This document shows positions 40,201 through 51,136 of a stretch of 64,000 bases of DNA, one piece after another. The position numbers and the translations under genes were made by a program. Below the pieces are notes generated by a model. It saw only the letters and a program-made list of their open reading frames with translations, had not been told where the DNA came from and searched no databases. Numbering within the stretch: the stretch's first letter is position 1; every line of letters starts with the position of its first letter. This DNA comes from Zygnema circumcarinatum SAG 698-1b (lineage: Eukaryota; Plantae; Zygnematophyceae): NCBI GenBank assembly GCA_037447605.1, contig CM074804.1:4007909-4071908 (forward strand). Direction: 5' to 3'.

Positions 40201-43200
40201 TTTGGACGAGCGCTACTACAGAGACCCCTTGCCTTGCTATACTCGGAAAACTTTTTGTGAAAAAGCTGCGCTTCACAATGTCAGCCATGAAGACCGAATC
40301 TGGTTTGTTCTGACCCTGAATTTCCCGCCCTCGCCCCTTTGTCTTGCATTCTCTTTCTCCTTTTTCTCATTTTTTTTCCTCTCTCTCCCCCTCACTCTCC
40401 CTCTCTCCCTCTCCACCTCACTCTCCCTTTTCTCTCTCCTAATTGACTCCTATTTCCATTGCATGTTATGTGATATACGAGAGCAGAAAGGTGACAGCTT
40501 GAACTTACTGTCCAGTCTTCAGAAGGCACCAATGTTGCAAGCTGTCATTGTTGTTCATATCACTCCTAGTATTTGGGTCTCATTTTGGAGGTACGATTTT
40601 GTGCAGGTGCCAGGATTTTGTCAGGGGAAACGGTACAAAAGGTGCAGTGGGGTCGTGCTGTGATAAAGATCAAAAGTTGTTTCTAGGTACGCTTCTTTCC
40701 TATACTTAGAATGTGCGTCCCCTCCTGTCTCTTCACTAACAAGAGACAATCACTTTCGGCAATCTCTAGTGTGTTTAAGATAATCCACCCCAATGCTATG
40801 GTTGGTGTCTGAATAAGAAAGCCGGTTGATGGTCTCTATGAACTGAATATGGGTGTGTTGCTGTTTTCAGTATTGCTATGCCCCTTGCGACTCGTGAGGT
40901 TTTAGAGTTTGAACTTGCCCTGCCTCTGTCAGCTATCGCATGCCAACTTTTTGCACAATAGGCTCATTACAAGTGCTCACTTTGGTTTGATCGTTTCTTT
41001 GAGGGTTGGAGCAGCGTGGGATCTGAAATGCTTTGTTTCTCTTATTGTTGATACGAGTACTCAGGATGGTGCAAGGACAAGAGAAACCAGAAGCACGAGC
41101 TGTGGAAAGAGGCCTGCGACCCCACTTCTGCTTCATTTGGAGGGAAGGCACTGACTGTGAATAAGAATCGCGAAATTGAGGAGATGGAGAGTCAGACAGA
41201 ATCAGAGCTTCCAGAATCTCCTTTTTGCGAGGTAGGGCCTAGGGCAAGTGAGAAAGAAGTCCGACAAGTGCTTCAAGCTGAATCTTACTTTCTACCAAGA
41301 ACTAGTGATGGGTGAAACCAACAAGCAAATGAGAAGCATTCACCTGAGAATTAGGGCCCACCTCCATTGCGCTTGATATGATCTCACGGGACTATTTTGG
41401 GCTGTTTTCGCTCCGCCATTGCCGATAATTTAGTTTGACGAGGTCCGACGTGGCTACCAAGGAGGCTAAACAAATGATCCTGTTGGATCATGCTCGGGCA
41501 GCATGATCCTCTTGAAAAGTTTAGTATGATTTAACAATAGGGCTGACGTATCTTAAACTGAATTAACCTAAATTAAATCATCACCTCAATGGAAAAGCGC
41601 TCGTGGTGTGGGAATGGAGCAAATGCAGGTTCTGGGCAGGCAGCAGCGGGAATGGCTGGAAGCACATCTTCTTAAATCAAAGGCACCGCTGAAGCTCATC
41701 GTTTCTCCGTCACCTCTTTTTACGAACCCCCTACCGATGGTATGTGGGAGCAGCCTATTTCCACCTTGTTGCCTTTCTTTTCACGGGTTCTAGGATGTTC
41801 ATGGTAGCGTTTTGTGGGATCGCAAAATGTAAACGTAGGGTAGAAACCGAGTGAAATTACAGAGTCTAGAGAAACTGTTCTGGTCTTATTGAAATGCTGA
41901 CGGCTAGCTTGACTCTCTTTTCTGCATTCTTCCTCTTCATATCGCAGCCCTGTTGGGGGCGTATAGCGAACGTCACAGAAGGGGGGACGTGCCCTTGTAT
42001 GGGAGATGACTGGGAGTGCTACAAACCGGCCCAGCTTCACCTCCTGCACACTCTTGGACGCGCTCAAGGCTGCGTGGTAGTCCTCACTGGGGACTTGGGA
42101 TACTCCGATATCAAAGTAAGCTTGGGGCCCTCGGAATTCCTGGAGGTATTTTCTCAGAGTCTAGAGTTTTTGGGTGTCTGCCCGTGTGCTTATGTCCACA
42201 GGAGGCTCCAGATTTTTTTGATGTTGCAGGTTTTTGAATCGTTTTTGGGTGACGGTCGAGTTATGACTCTTGTAATATTGGGAATTGCATGGGGAGCTTT
42301 GGGGATGTCAACTGCAGATGGTCGGGCGGGGCGAACAGGTGTATTCAGAGCATTACAGGAGTAAGGATCTTGGGAAGCAGGTTTTCCAGGTAAACTTCAC
42401 TTAACTGGACCTCCATGTTATTTGATCTATTTTGGACGATTCGTTTGGCTTAATTCTCAATATGAAAATGGACTAATGCACAGTCATGCACGCAGAGCAA
42501 AGGGGCTATCCTGATGAGAAGGGCATAACGAGGAAATGGCCCTTTAATTTGTAGAAGAAAGACCTAATTTCAAGCCACCACCTTGATGATAACTGGTCTT
42601 CATTCACACATCGTGTCAGTTTTCTGGGCGAATTCTCATCAATGGCTATAATGTGCACCTGCATGGCTAGCGTGTAACTGGAGTTGCGTGCAGAAGGAAA
42701 TCAACGCAGTTCATATCAGCTGGAAGTGGTAGTTGAAATCCCTCGCACTTGGACCTTTCTTCTGGAAATGGACTGATGCGCCTTTTTGGATGTGGGACTT
42801 AGGTTATGGCGAGTCAATTGGTTGCGAAAGATGGACGGAATTACAAATGTGGAGGTAAGGGTCTGTGGTCCCTCACTTCTATACTCATGCGGATCTCCTT
42901 GCGTCATTTTTTCACTTGTGGTAGCTGCATCATATAAAATATATACGGATTTCAGAGTTAGGGATTTTCGGCTTATAGGCTTTCAGTGTTTCGGGAGAAT
43001 CACGATCTCGTTCTGAGAGTTTGGGAAAACGAAGTTTAATGAGACCCGTTATGTTGACTATGTGTGACTGCACACCCTTTCTATGTTACGGAACAGAAGG
43101 GGGTAGTATATGTGCGGAATGGCAGGTGACTGGCGGACAGCAGATCCGGTTAATACTCGTTTGAATTTGGAGTGTGACTTTGTGCCTCCTCCCGCGTTTG

Positions 43201-43696
43201 GAATGGTCGAGGTAAATCTTTCACAACCTGAACCCCTGCAGTTTCCACAATACTTCGATGGCTAGTTTTGAATGGGAGACTCTCCATACTGACATCGTTC
43301 TCCATTTTATTTTTTTTGGGGTTCTTGTCTTTTTTGTTGATATCTGGATGGCTTGTTCAGATGGGCGCAGTTAGTTTATGGTTTTTTGGTTTGGGTTTCT
43401 AGTTTATGTTTTGTACTTTGATGGATTGTTCAAACAGGGCACACTCAATACTGACGTAGTTAATGGTTGTGTTTTGGTTCCTAGTTTTTGGTTTGTATGT
43501 GGATGTCTTGTTGATAAGGGGGACTTTCCAACGTGGTTTCTGATTTTGCGTTTTGGGTTTGTTGATGTTGTGGGTTTGGGATGTGCAGGTGGTATGGGAT
43601 CAGGAAGACCCCACAGTGAGGCTTCAGATTATAGATGGCAAGAACGGTCAATTAAAGTTAGAATCCTTGTTTTCTTTAAGTCAATGCAGGACATAG
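37208..43696 (+). CDS. PhoD-like metallophosphatase with an N-terminal basic cluster and hydrophobic segment. Exons: 37208-37300, 37746-37987, 38483-38595, 38879-38940, 39229-39347, 39816-39933, 40154-40302, 40607-40686, 41065-41231, 41629-41739, 41948-42115, unresolved 42.1-43.2 kb, 43589-43696
   Basis: PhoD motifs in order: SRIAFGS..., WIWVGDMAY, GTYDDHDYG, EPETSPRRK, VILLDERYYRD, VLGRQQREWLE, DDWECY, VVVLTGD, FGMVE|VVWD. Confidence 0.8.
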
Positions 43697-44728
43697 CAAC
43701 CCCTTTTCTGCGATGGTTGACTCCCTTTCTCCCTCCCTCCCTCCCTCCCTCCCTCCCTCCCTCCCTCTTTCTCTTCCCCCCTGCCTTGCGTTGCATAGTG
43801 TACCTATAATGGCTTTATGGGAAACATACCCCTTTTGATTAGGGCTTAAGTTAGGCTTAGAGTTGGGGCTTGGTCCGAGCTAGGGTACGGGAGCAGTACA
43901 GAGCAGAGCAGAGCAGAGGCAGTAGTAGCAGAGGTGTAGAGAGACGAAAGCGCTTTAGACAAATTCCTATTCACATTTGTTCAACACTCTCAATCACGAG
44001 GATTTCTGGAAACAGTGAGCAAAAAGCTTGTCCTTGAACCGTCAAGAAGCAGAAGACTTGGATTACAAAATGAGACGGGAATTTGCACAGCCTTGCAAGA
44101 GCAGCAGGAAATTACAATGACCTGTTGCCCCTTTTCTAACTTATGTCCTTCTGATCGCCCGATTCAATATGAAGAATCTGCACACGTATCTCCCACTTCT
44201 CCTCCCCCCTCCTCACTCCCCACCCGAGACTCTCCCCCCCCCCTCACTTTCGGAGAGAAGGGGTCTAAAACATAGGGCTTCGCAAGAGGCAGCGGACAGC
44301 AATAGCTCCTCCACAGGAAAGGAGTACTCTTCTCAAATCCAAGAAAGGTAATGCTCTGCCTGCGTTCACACTGTCTCATCGGGAGACCTAATCAACCAAC
44401 ATGTAAAGGACACGTTCCTCCAAAAATCCGTGCAGATTGGAGGTTTGACGCCTCAGCCTATGTGCGAATGGAGAAAAAATCCGCCTCCAAAAGGTGAAGG
44501 CTTCGCTGAAGCCTCTGGTTCCTTTCTCACTGCTTCCACAGCCCTCGTATGCCAAATGGAACATGATGTCAATATCCACATCTGTCCATCAAACTGGTGG
44601 CGAAGGTAACAGGAAGCTTAGTTCTCCTTGACTCGATTCACTCAACCCGACACACCAGTGAAGTCGGCTTCAGAAATGCGAGTAGTGGACGGCGTCCGCG
44701 TTCCATATGGGAGGGCGTGGCAAGGCAT

Positions 44729-45321
44729 CTATGAAGCTGCCTTTGGCATTTGACTGGAAATTTTGAAAGGAGCATCGGGTAGAACTGTATAAATGGGCAG
44801 AGAAGCAGATTCTTGCGTTTTAAGGTAAATGGACTGAATATTCTTCCACTTTCTCGGAACATGTTCCGCAGCACCTGCAACCACCACGATACATGAGCAA
44901 TTAGTTTTATATTGCACCGTGCAATCAATTGTGGTGATTCCTACTTCCCTTGAGCAGCCAGTTTTCCAGACTGTGTGTAATCGGGGTTATCTACAAACCG
45001 GCAAGCGTCTCCACGACTTCCTAAACCTCAAACCTTCTCCCCTTTCCCATTTTTTCAGGCACAAAAGCAATACATAAACCATACAAGTGAACGAGGGAGA
45101 GGACGACGAAAACGGTAGGGGTGCAGGTGAAAGAGGGAGAAAGGGAGACACAAGAAAGGAAAGGAGAGACGGGGAGGACAAGGGAGTGGAGGATTCTAGC
45201 TCTTTCCGCCACATCTCTCTTCATCTCCTTCTCCCTCTTGTGGGGAAAGAAACTACTCGAGGAAACTTGGAGAGACAAAAAGGTAAGGACAACGAGAAGT
45301 ACAAACAAGTATCGAAGAGAG

Positions 45322-45401
<80 letters not shown>

Positions 45402-46077
45402 ATTCACCTATAATAACAGCCATGATGTTCTCCACGACCTCCTTCTCGGACTGCGTAACCCTCGCTGCTCTCAACACGCAGCATGGTCCTTCTCTCACAT
45501 ACAAATACGTCGCATCACACGCCTTTCTAATCTTCTCCGACCATTTCTTCCCCCTCAAATTCACAGGAATCGGATGTTTTTTCTTCTTAAAAAAAGTCTT
45601 CCCAAGTAACCGCGGCAGCAGTGGTATGACCCGGTCGTCTGCCAAAAACAAATCATAAGAACCGCAGAGCTGTCGCTTAGCTTCGTAAGGTTTGTACTTC
45701 GTCCTCAGCTTCTGAACTCCAATCACCTTCGTAACTCCAGTATCCCCTTCCTGCAAAATGCGCTCCTTGGCCGCCTTGTGCCCCTCCTCCTTGCTGTCCT
45801 TCACAATTAGGCAAACCTCCCTGCGGGCTTCCCGAGGATACAAAGAATGAGGGAGAGCAATTTGGTATCCGTTAGTTGTTGCGCTGGCTGGAGTCTTTTT
45901 TAGGGTTAGCACTACATAGAACATGTCGTCATTATCGAAGAGCTGCGCATTTGCAGTCGTCTTCTGGCTGTCGAACCACTTTTTCAGAGACGTCACCGCC
46001 TTCTCTACCTGCTGCCGCTTCACTTTAGTGCTTGTATCGCCTTCCTTGGCTGCTGAAGCTTCGGCGGCGGCCGCCAT
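44729..46077 (-). CDS. RSL1D1: Ribosomal L1-domain-containing protein (RSL1D1/Utp30/Cic1 family), 2 exons (45408-46077, 44729-44874), 271 aa
   Basis: VEKAVTSL, KVIGVQKLRTKYKPYEAKRQLCGSYDLFLADDRVIPLLPRLLGKTFFKKKKHPIPVNL, WKNIQSIYLKTQESASLPIY. Confidence 0.92.
45326..45399. repeat. (GA)n microsatellite in the RSL1D1 intron
   Basis: About 36 perfect GA units. Confidence 0.97.
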
Positions 46078-46089
46078 GGCTGAGCTCCG

Positions 46090-46215
46090 AAACCCTAACC
46101 CTAATTCGGTGCGGGAAGCAGAGACGGACCTCAGCGCCCTACATCCAAGGGGAGGGGCTGTACGGCGTAGTACGAAACCGTACGATACGGAGTAACGCCC
46201 TACCGTTCCATGTAC
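46090..46215. promoter_or_regulatory. Telo-box (AAACCCTAACCCTAA, 46090-46104) plus a GTAC cluster immediately upstream of RSL1D1
   Basis: Telo-box 13 nt from the ATG; GTAC at 46160, 46170, 46180 and 46212. Confidence 0.6.
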
Positions 46216-46744
46216 ACTAGTTGTTGGGAAACGGGGAACTGTGAACGGGTAAACAAGGAAAATTCTCTCCATGTGTGGGGAGAAACTTTAACTGCCACAT
46301 GGAACGGGTGACCGCACATGCGGCCGCGGGAGGCGCTGGACCGCCCCCTCAATATCGCGCTTCGCCAAATCGCTGCCCGCACTGCAAAACGTTTTTCGGC
46401 CGCCTGCCCGAAATCGGAGTCGTGGGCTCCAATTGGCTCAGAAATGTTTCTCAGTGAATTTTGAAAAATTCCTATATCGAATTTAGAAACTGTCAGCCTA
46501 TGAAAATGGCCCTTTTCTTGTATTACTTGCGGCCCTTCGTACAGAAATTTGAGCTCCAAATTTTTTTGGATTCGTCCATTGAATTTTCTCAAAACAGAAC
46601 AAATTTCAGTTTGGTCCTATGGCAACCTGCAGATCCCTTCCCCCCTCCCCACCATCCAACTCCCTCGCTCTGTCCCGCGCGCCCTACTCGTCACCTTCCT
46701 CCAGCCTCTCTCTCTCCACCTCTCTCCCTTCCTCAGCCCTAACT

Positions 46745-47395
46745 ATGGCTGCCGCAGCCGTCCTAGAAGCCGTGCAAGCGGCCGCTTGGCTCTCTGACGA
46801 CACTTTCTCCTCCCTCCTCTCCCCCGACATGAGCACTCTCCTCGCGTGCTGCAGCTCCTCTCTCTCCACCGACGCCTCCTCCGCTCTCTCCCTCCTGCAG
46901 CAGCCCGCTGTGAAGGACGCCTCCGCACCCCCTGTCACGCGCCCCGCCACCTACTATCGCGTGGCTCCGCGGACAGTCCCTCTGAAGCACACGCGCAGGA
47001 GGAGGAAAGTGGGAGGGGGAGGGGGAGGGGGAGGAGAGGAGGGAGGGGATGAGGAGGGAGGGGGGTGGGATGGAGGCTTCTATGGAGGGGGGGGATTTGG
47101 AGGAGGGGATGGGAAGCGGTGGTGGGATCGGTGGGGTGATAGGTGGGGCGATGACAGCTGGAGAAGAGGGAGAGGGGGAGAGGATGATGCCGTGGCTCTG
47201 ATATACCAGCTGGCATGCTGGCTGTCGTTTGCAGGATGTGTTCATCATGTTATGCAGAAGGGAGTGATTGAGGGAACGAGAGCGGAGGAGAGGCGGGAGG
47301 GAGGGGTGGGAGGGCTGGGGAAGTGCGGAGGGGGATTGGGGAGAGGGATGCTGGTGGCTTCGGGAGGGGCCAGGAAGGAGGTGCTCTCCTGCTGA
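46745..47395 (+). CDS. Intronless glycine-rich uncharacterised plant protein, 216 aa
   Basis: Single ORF: Ser/Ala-rich N-terminus, basic RRRRK, Gly/Trp/Asp-rich tract, then DDAVALIYQLACWLSFAGCVHHVMQK. This resembles a small conserved land-plant family I recall (At3g06780-like). Head-to-head with RSL1D1. Confidence 0.65.
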   Translation: MAAAAVLEAVQAAAWLSDDTFSSLLSPDMSTLLACCSSSLSTDASSALSLLQQPAVKDASAPPVTRPATYYRVAPRTVPLKHTRRRRKVGGGGGGGGEEGGDEEGGGWDGGFYGGGGFGGGDGKRWWDRWGDRWGDDSWRRGRGGEDDAVALIYQLACWLSFAGCVHHVMQKGVIEGTRAEERREGGVGGLGKCGGGLGRGMLVASGGARKEVLSC

Positions 47396-49123
47396 TGGTA
47401 GTTGGGGAGGGAAGGCGGGAGGAAGGACAGAAGGGAGGGTGGCACAGGAGAAAGGAGTGGGTTGGGAAACCTAGATGGTGGATGAAAGGAGGGAGGGAGG
47501 GTGGAAATGCGAGAAAGAATAAAGGTGGTGTACAGCCATGGATTGGAGGGAAAAGGTGCATCGGACAATTCATCATGCTGTCTGCAGAACGGAGCTACCG
47601 CAGGATGGAGAATCTGCGTGGAATTCGAATAAGCCTACATTAGCAGCAGCCAAATTGAGTTACGGGTATCTGGATGGGCAAATCGGTTTGGTACATTTGT
47701 GCACGTGTGAATGGTTCCTTTAGGTCTGTGTCCCAATCAGTTCAGTTCAATCAGTTGGGTCTGTTGAAAGCTGTGTCTAAATATCTAGCTGAATTTCTTT
47801 CATTTTGTGAATCATTTGCGGAAATTGGGACAGGCACTTGTGCAGTGGCGGTAGTTGTGCAGCTTCCAAATAGGGGTTTCTAGGTCCGGTTTCCGTTGTC
47901 TATATTTGGGTTAAAACAGGCTTGAGGCTCCTCATATCTTTTCGAGGCGCACCAGTATGAAATGAAGATCAGGGTCTGGAGATGTCTGCAAAGTCAGTAG
48001 GATTTTCTCGGAAGAATCGTTTACTAGGCGCTCGAATGCAAGTAGATCCTAACAACTATGCAGCTCATAGCAGGCCTTAGAATTCACACTTTGTAAATAC
48101 TAGGGTTGTTCTCACTGAGTACTGCCGTATGCTCACATTTGAGAGGTCCATAGAGGCCATGCTAAGGCTTCGAGCTCACCACATGTGAATAATTGTATAA
48201 AGGTTTTCATCACTGTTATCCATCACTGTTGTGTTGTGCGGTCTTGGTACATATGAGCATTCCATTGGACAACATTTGGTTGGAGTGATTACAAACCGCA
48301 GCCAATGCCATGGCTCTATTTTTCAGTCAAATGCCTGTTTTCCAAGGCTCAGGTTCATTTTTTCATGTAGAACATATTATATCAAAGTTGCTGTTGTCGT
48401 AGTCACTGTTACAACTTCAGTATATACACTTCATAGAAATAAGAAAAAAGGAAGTGGCATTGATCTCGTAGAAATGGTTCGGTAAGTGGCCCGCATCGTT
48501 CTCACAACCTCGCTTTGTGTTCCCTATGGTTCTCTGACTTTCACTAATTCGCACTACCCAGCAGACACGGCATGTCTACGAAACCTTTTTTTAACTCCGC
48601 TAACTCCGTTTACTTGTATACAGTATAGCCCCTACAAGTTTTCAATGCCAAACGAGGTTGCCATCAATTTGCGCCGATGAAGTAGAGGTAATCCCATCAT
48701 TCTTCATAGATGCTCCCATTGCTAGCTAGGGCCGCTCCTAGTAGTGGGGCTAACTTTCAGTGGTGGGTTGTTCATAGTGCCACCTTCCTCAGCTGCGCAA
48801 CGTTGCATCCAACACCCTGCAATAAATCACTCCCTACGTTGTCTCCTGGAAATTAATAATATAGGTTATTGACTGGTCCCAAAGATGAAACTAAAGAGTG
48901 GTCATTTTGCATTTCTTAGTTTGATGGGTACATGTACCGTTGCACTTGCATTGCTTAATGAACACAGTATTCCTCCTCTCCAAGTACAAACCTGTGCAAT
49001 GCAAAAAAGCATTTGTGATGTATGAACCGAGTATCTGGCAACACGGAATGACACAGGCCATCATTTGTCATGGAAAGGCCTCTTAAAAATTAAATTCACA
49101 ACAAAAGAGAGTTAACATCATTT

Positions 49124-51055
49124 TTACCTCTTGCCGCCTTTAACTCGACCTTTCCCACCCTTTCCTCTGCTTCCTCCCCCACCCCTTCCCCCTCCCCCTC
49201 CNNNNNNNNNNCCCCTCCCCCCTCCCCCTCCCCTTCCCCCTCCCCTTCCTCCGCCTCTCCCACCCCCTCTCCCACCGCTCCCGCCTCCCCTCCCTCCTCT
49301 TGTGGCCAACTTCTGCCGCTGTTTCCTCACTTCATCAATGCTTCGAAGCTCATCCTTGACATGAGCATTCGGAATCCTCTCTCCCTTCTTCCCACTGCCT
49401 CCCCTTCGGCCGCCTCTCCCTCTCCCTCTCCCTCCATACGTATTTCCACCTGCAGTCCAACAAAGCCACGCTAAGTAACAGTGACGTCACCAAGTCCTGA
49501 CCCATCTTGAACCCAATCCCTTTTCTATACAAAACAAGAGAGTTGAACATCCCTGCGAGAGTTGTGCCATCCAACTTATTGACTCTTTTGACTAAGTCGC
49601 GAGAAGCCACTTAGCAGTGTTGAAAAAAACCCTGTTGTTCGGAAATACAGATGCGAGATGCTCCTAAGAGATGAGAGGAGAGGAGAGGGGGAAAGAGCGG
49701 GGGGATCGACTAGGGAGAGGGAAGGGAGACAAGTGAGTAGGGGGGGAGAGAGAGGGGGAGAGGAGGAGCGGGAGCGAGGAAGAGAAAGAGAGCGAGAGTG
49801 GACGAAAAAAAAACAGAAGCCAAGGGGCATAGGGGCAGAGGGAGAGAGAGGGAGAGAGGGAAAGAGGGAGAGAGGGAGAGGAGAGAGGGAGAGAGGGAGA
49901 GGAGAGAGGGAGAGAGGGAAAGAGGGAGAGAGGGAGAGAGGGAGAGGGAGAGAGGGAGAGAGGGAGAGAGGGAGAGAGAGGGAGAGAGGGAGAGAGGGAG
50001 AGGGAGAGGGAGAGAGGGAGAGAGGGAGAGGGAGAGAGGAGAGAGGGAGAGAGGGAGAGAGGGAGAGAGGGAGAGAGGGAAAGGGGGAGACTGGGAGAAA
50101 GGACGAGGACGAGAGGGAACGAGAGCGATGGGGAGAGAGATGTACCAGGGGCTTCGTCATGGCTGAACTCCTCTCCAGCAGTCGAAACTCTCATGTGAGA
50201 TTTCTCCTTCCACTTTTTGTAGATGCCTCGATTCCCGGCATTCACCTTCGCTCCACTCTCCGTCTTTACCTGCCATCCAGACAGCGGAGCTCTTCTTAGC
50301 CACGCCTTTCATTGAAAGAAGAAGTGAAGTTACAATGTCTCCTTCTTCAGGTTAGGGTTTGCTGATATTAAGACTCCAAAGGTCAAGGAAACATAGGACC
50401 TGGTTTAAACTAAGAAACATACTGACTCTATATGAAGTTACAATAGAAGTGATGCACAATGAATAAGGGGACGCGGTTTAGGATTGCAGATGTACCTTTC
50501 CAGAGGCAGTAATTGTCTCTCCTTTCCCGAGTTTGACGTACTTCTTGCTCTTCTGCATTTCCGAAGAAGCCACGCTCCAAGATTGATTAAGAACCAGCTC
50601 TCTTTCTTCCCCCTTCTTCCAGCTTCTTCCTCTCGTTCCTCTTCATTCCACCATCCCTTGCTCTGTCCCTCTCTCTCTCTCTCTGTCTCTCTCTCGCTCT
50701 AGCTCTCCTTCCTTCTCTTGCTTGCACCCTGAAACCCCAGGAATCATATGACTGTACAGCCCCTATGGACCCTCAAGAAACGAAACCAGCAACCCTGAAT
50801 AATTTTCTTAAGAAACAGACGACTTCAGAGGAAAATTTCGGCAGTCTCGGCTGTGACTGTGAATCCGAATTCAAAGCTAAGTAGCCATTTTTCAAGGAAA
50901 TCGTCTTGAGTGTTTTTGAAGTGGGTCCCACAGCTAGCCTTTTCTCCTTCACACGCCTCTTACCCTTCCAACTCCACACCCCAGCAAGGACCACTCGCGT
51001 TCCTATTTCCTCCTCGCCCCCCTCTCTCCCCCCCTCTCTCTCTCCTCGCCCCACC

Positions 51056-51136
<81 letters not shown>

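Noticed and set aside
46178-46221. Helitron-like 3' end (short hairpin followed by CTAG|T)
   Set aside because: The stem is only 5 bp and about 26 nt from the CTAG; no 5' TC terminus or second copy was identified.
49576-50299. Long ORFs on both strands (RE-, GE- and SL-repeat proteins)
   Set aside because: Translations of the GAGAGG minisatellite inside a DDX54 intron. The same applies to ORFs over the GA/CT tracts at 13.2-13.7, 30.2-30.6, 45.0-45.4 and 50.9-51.2 kb.
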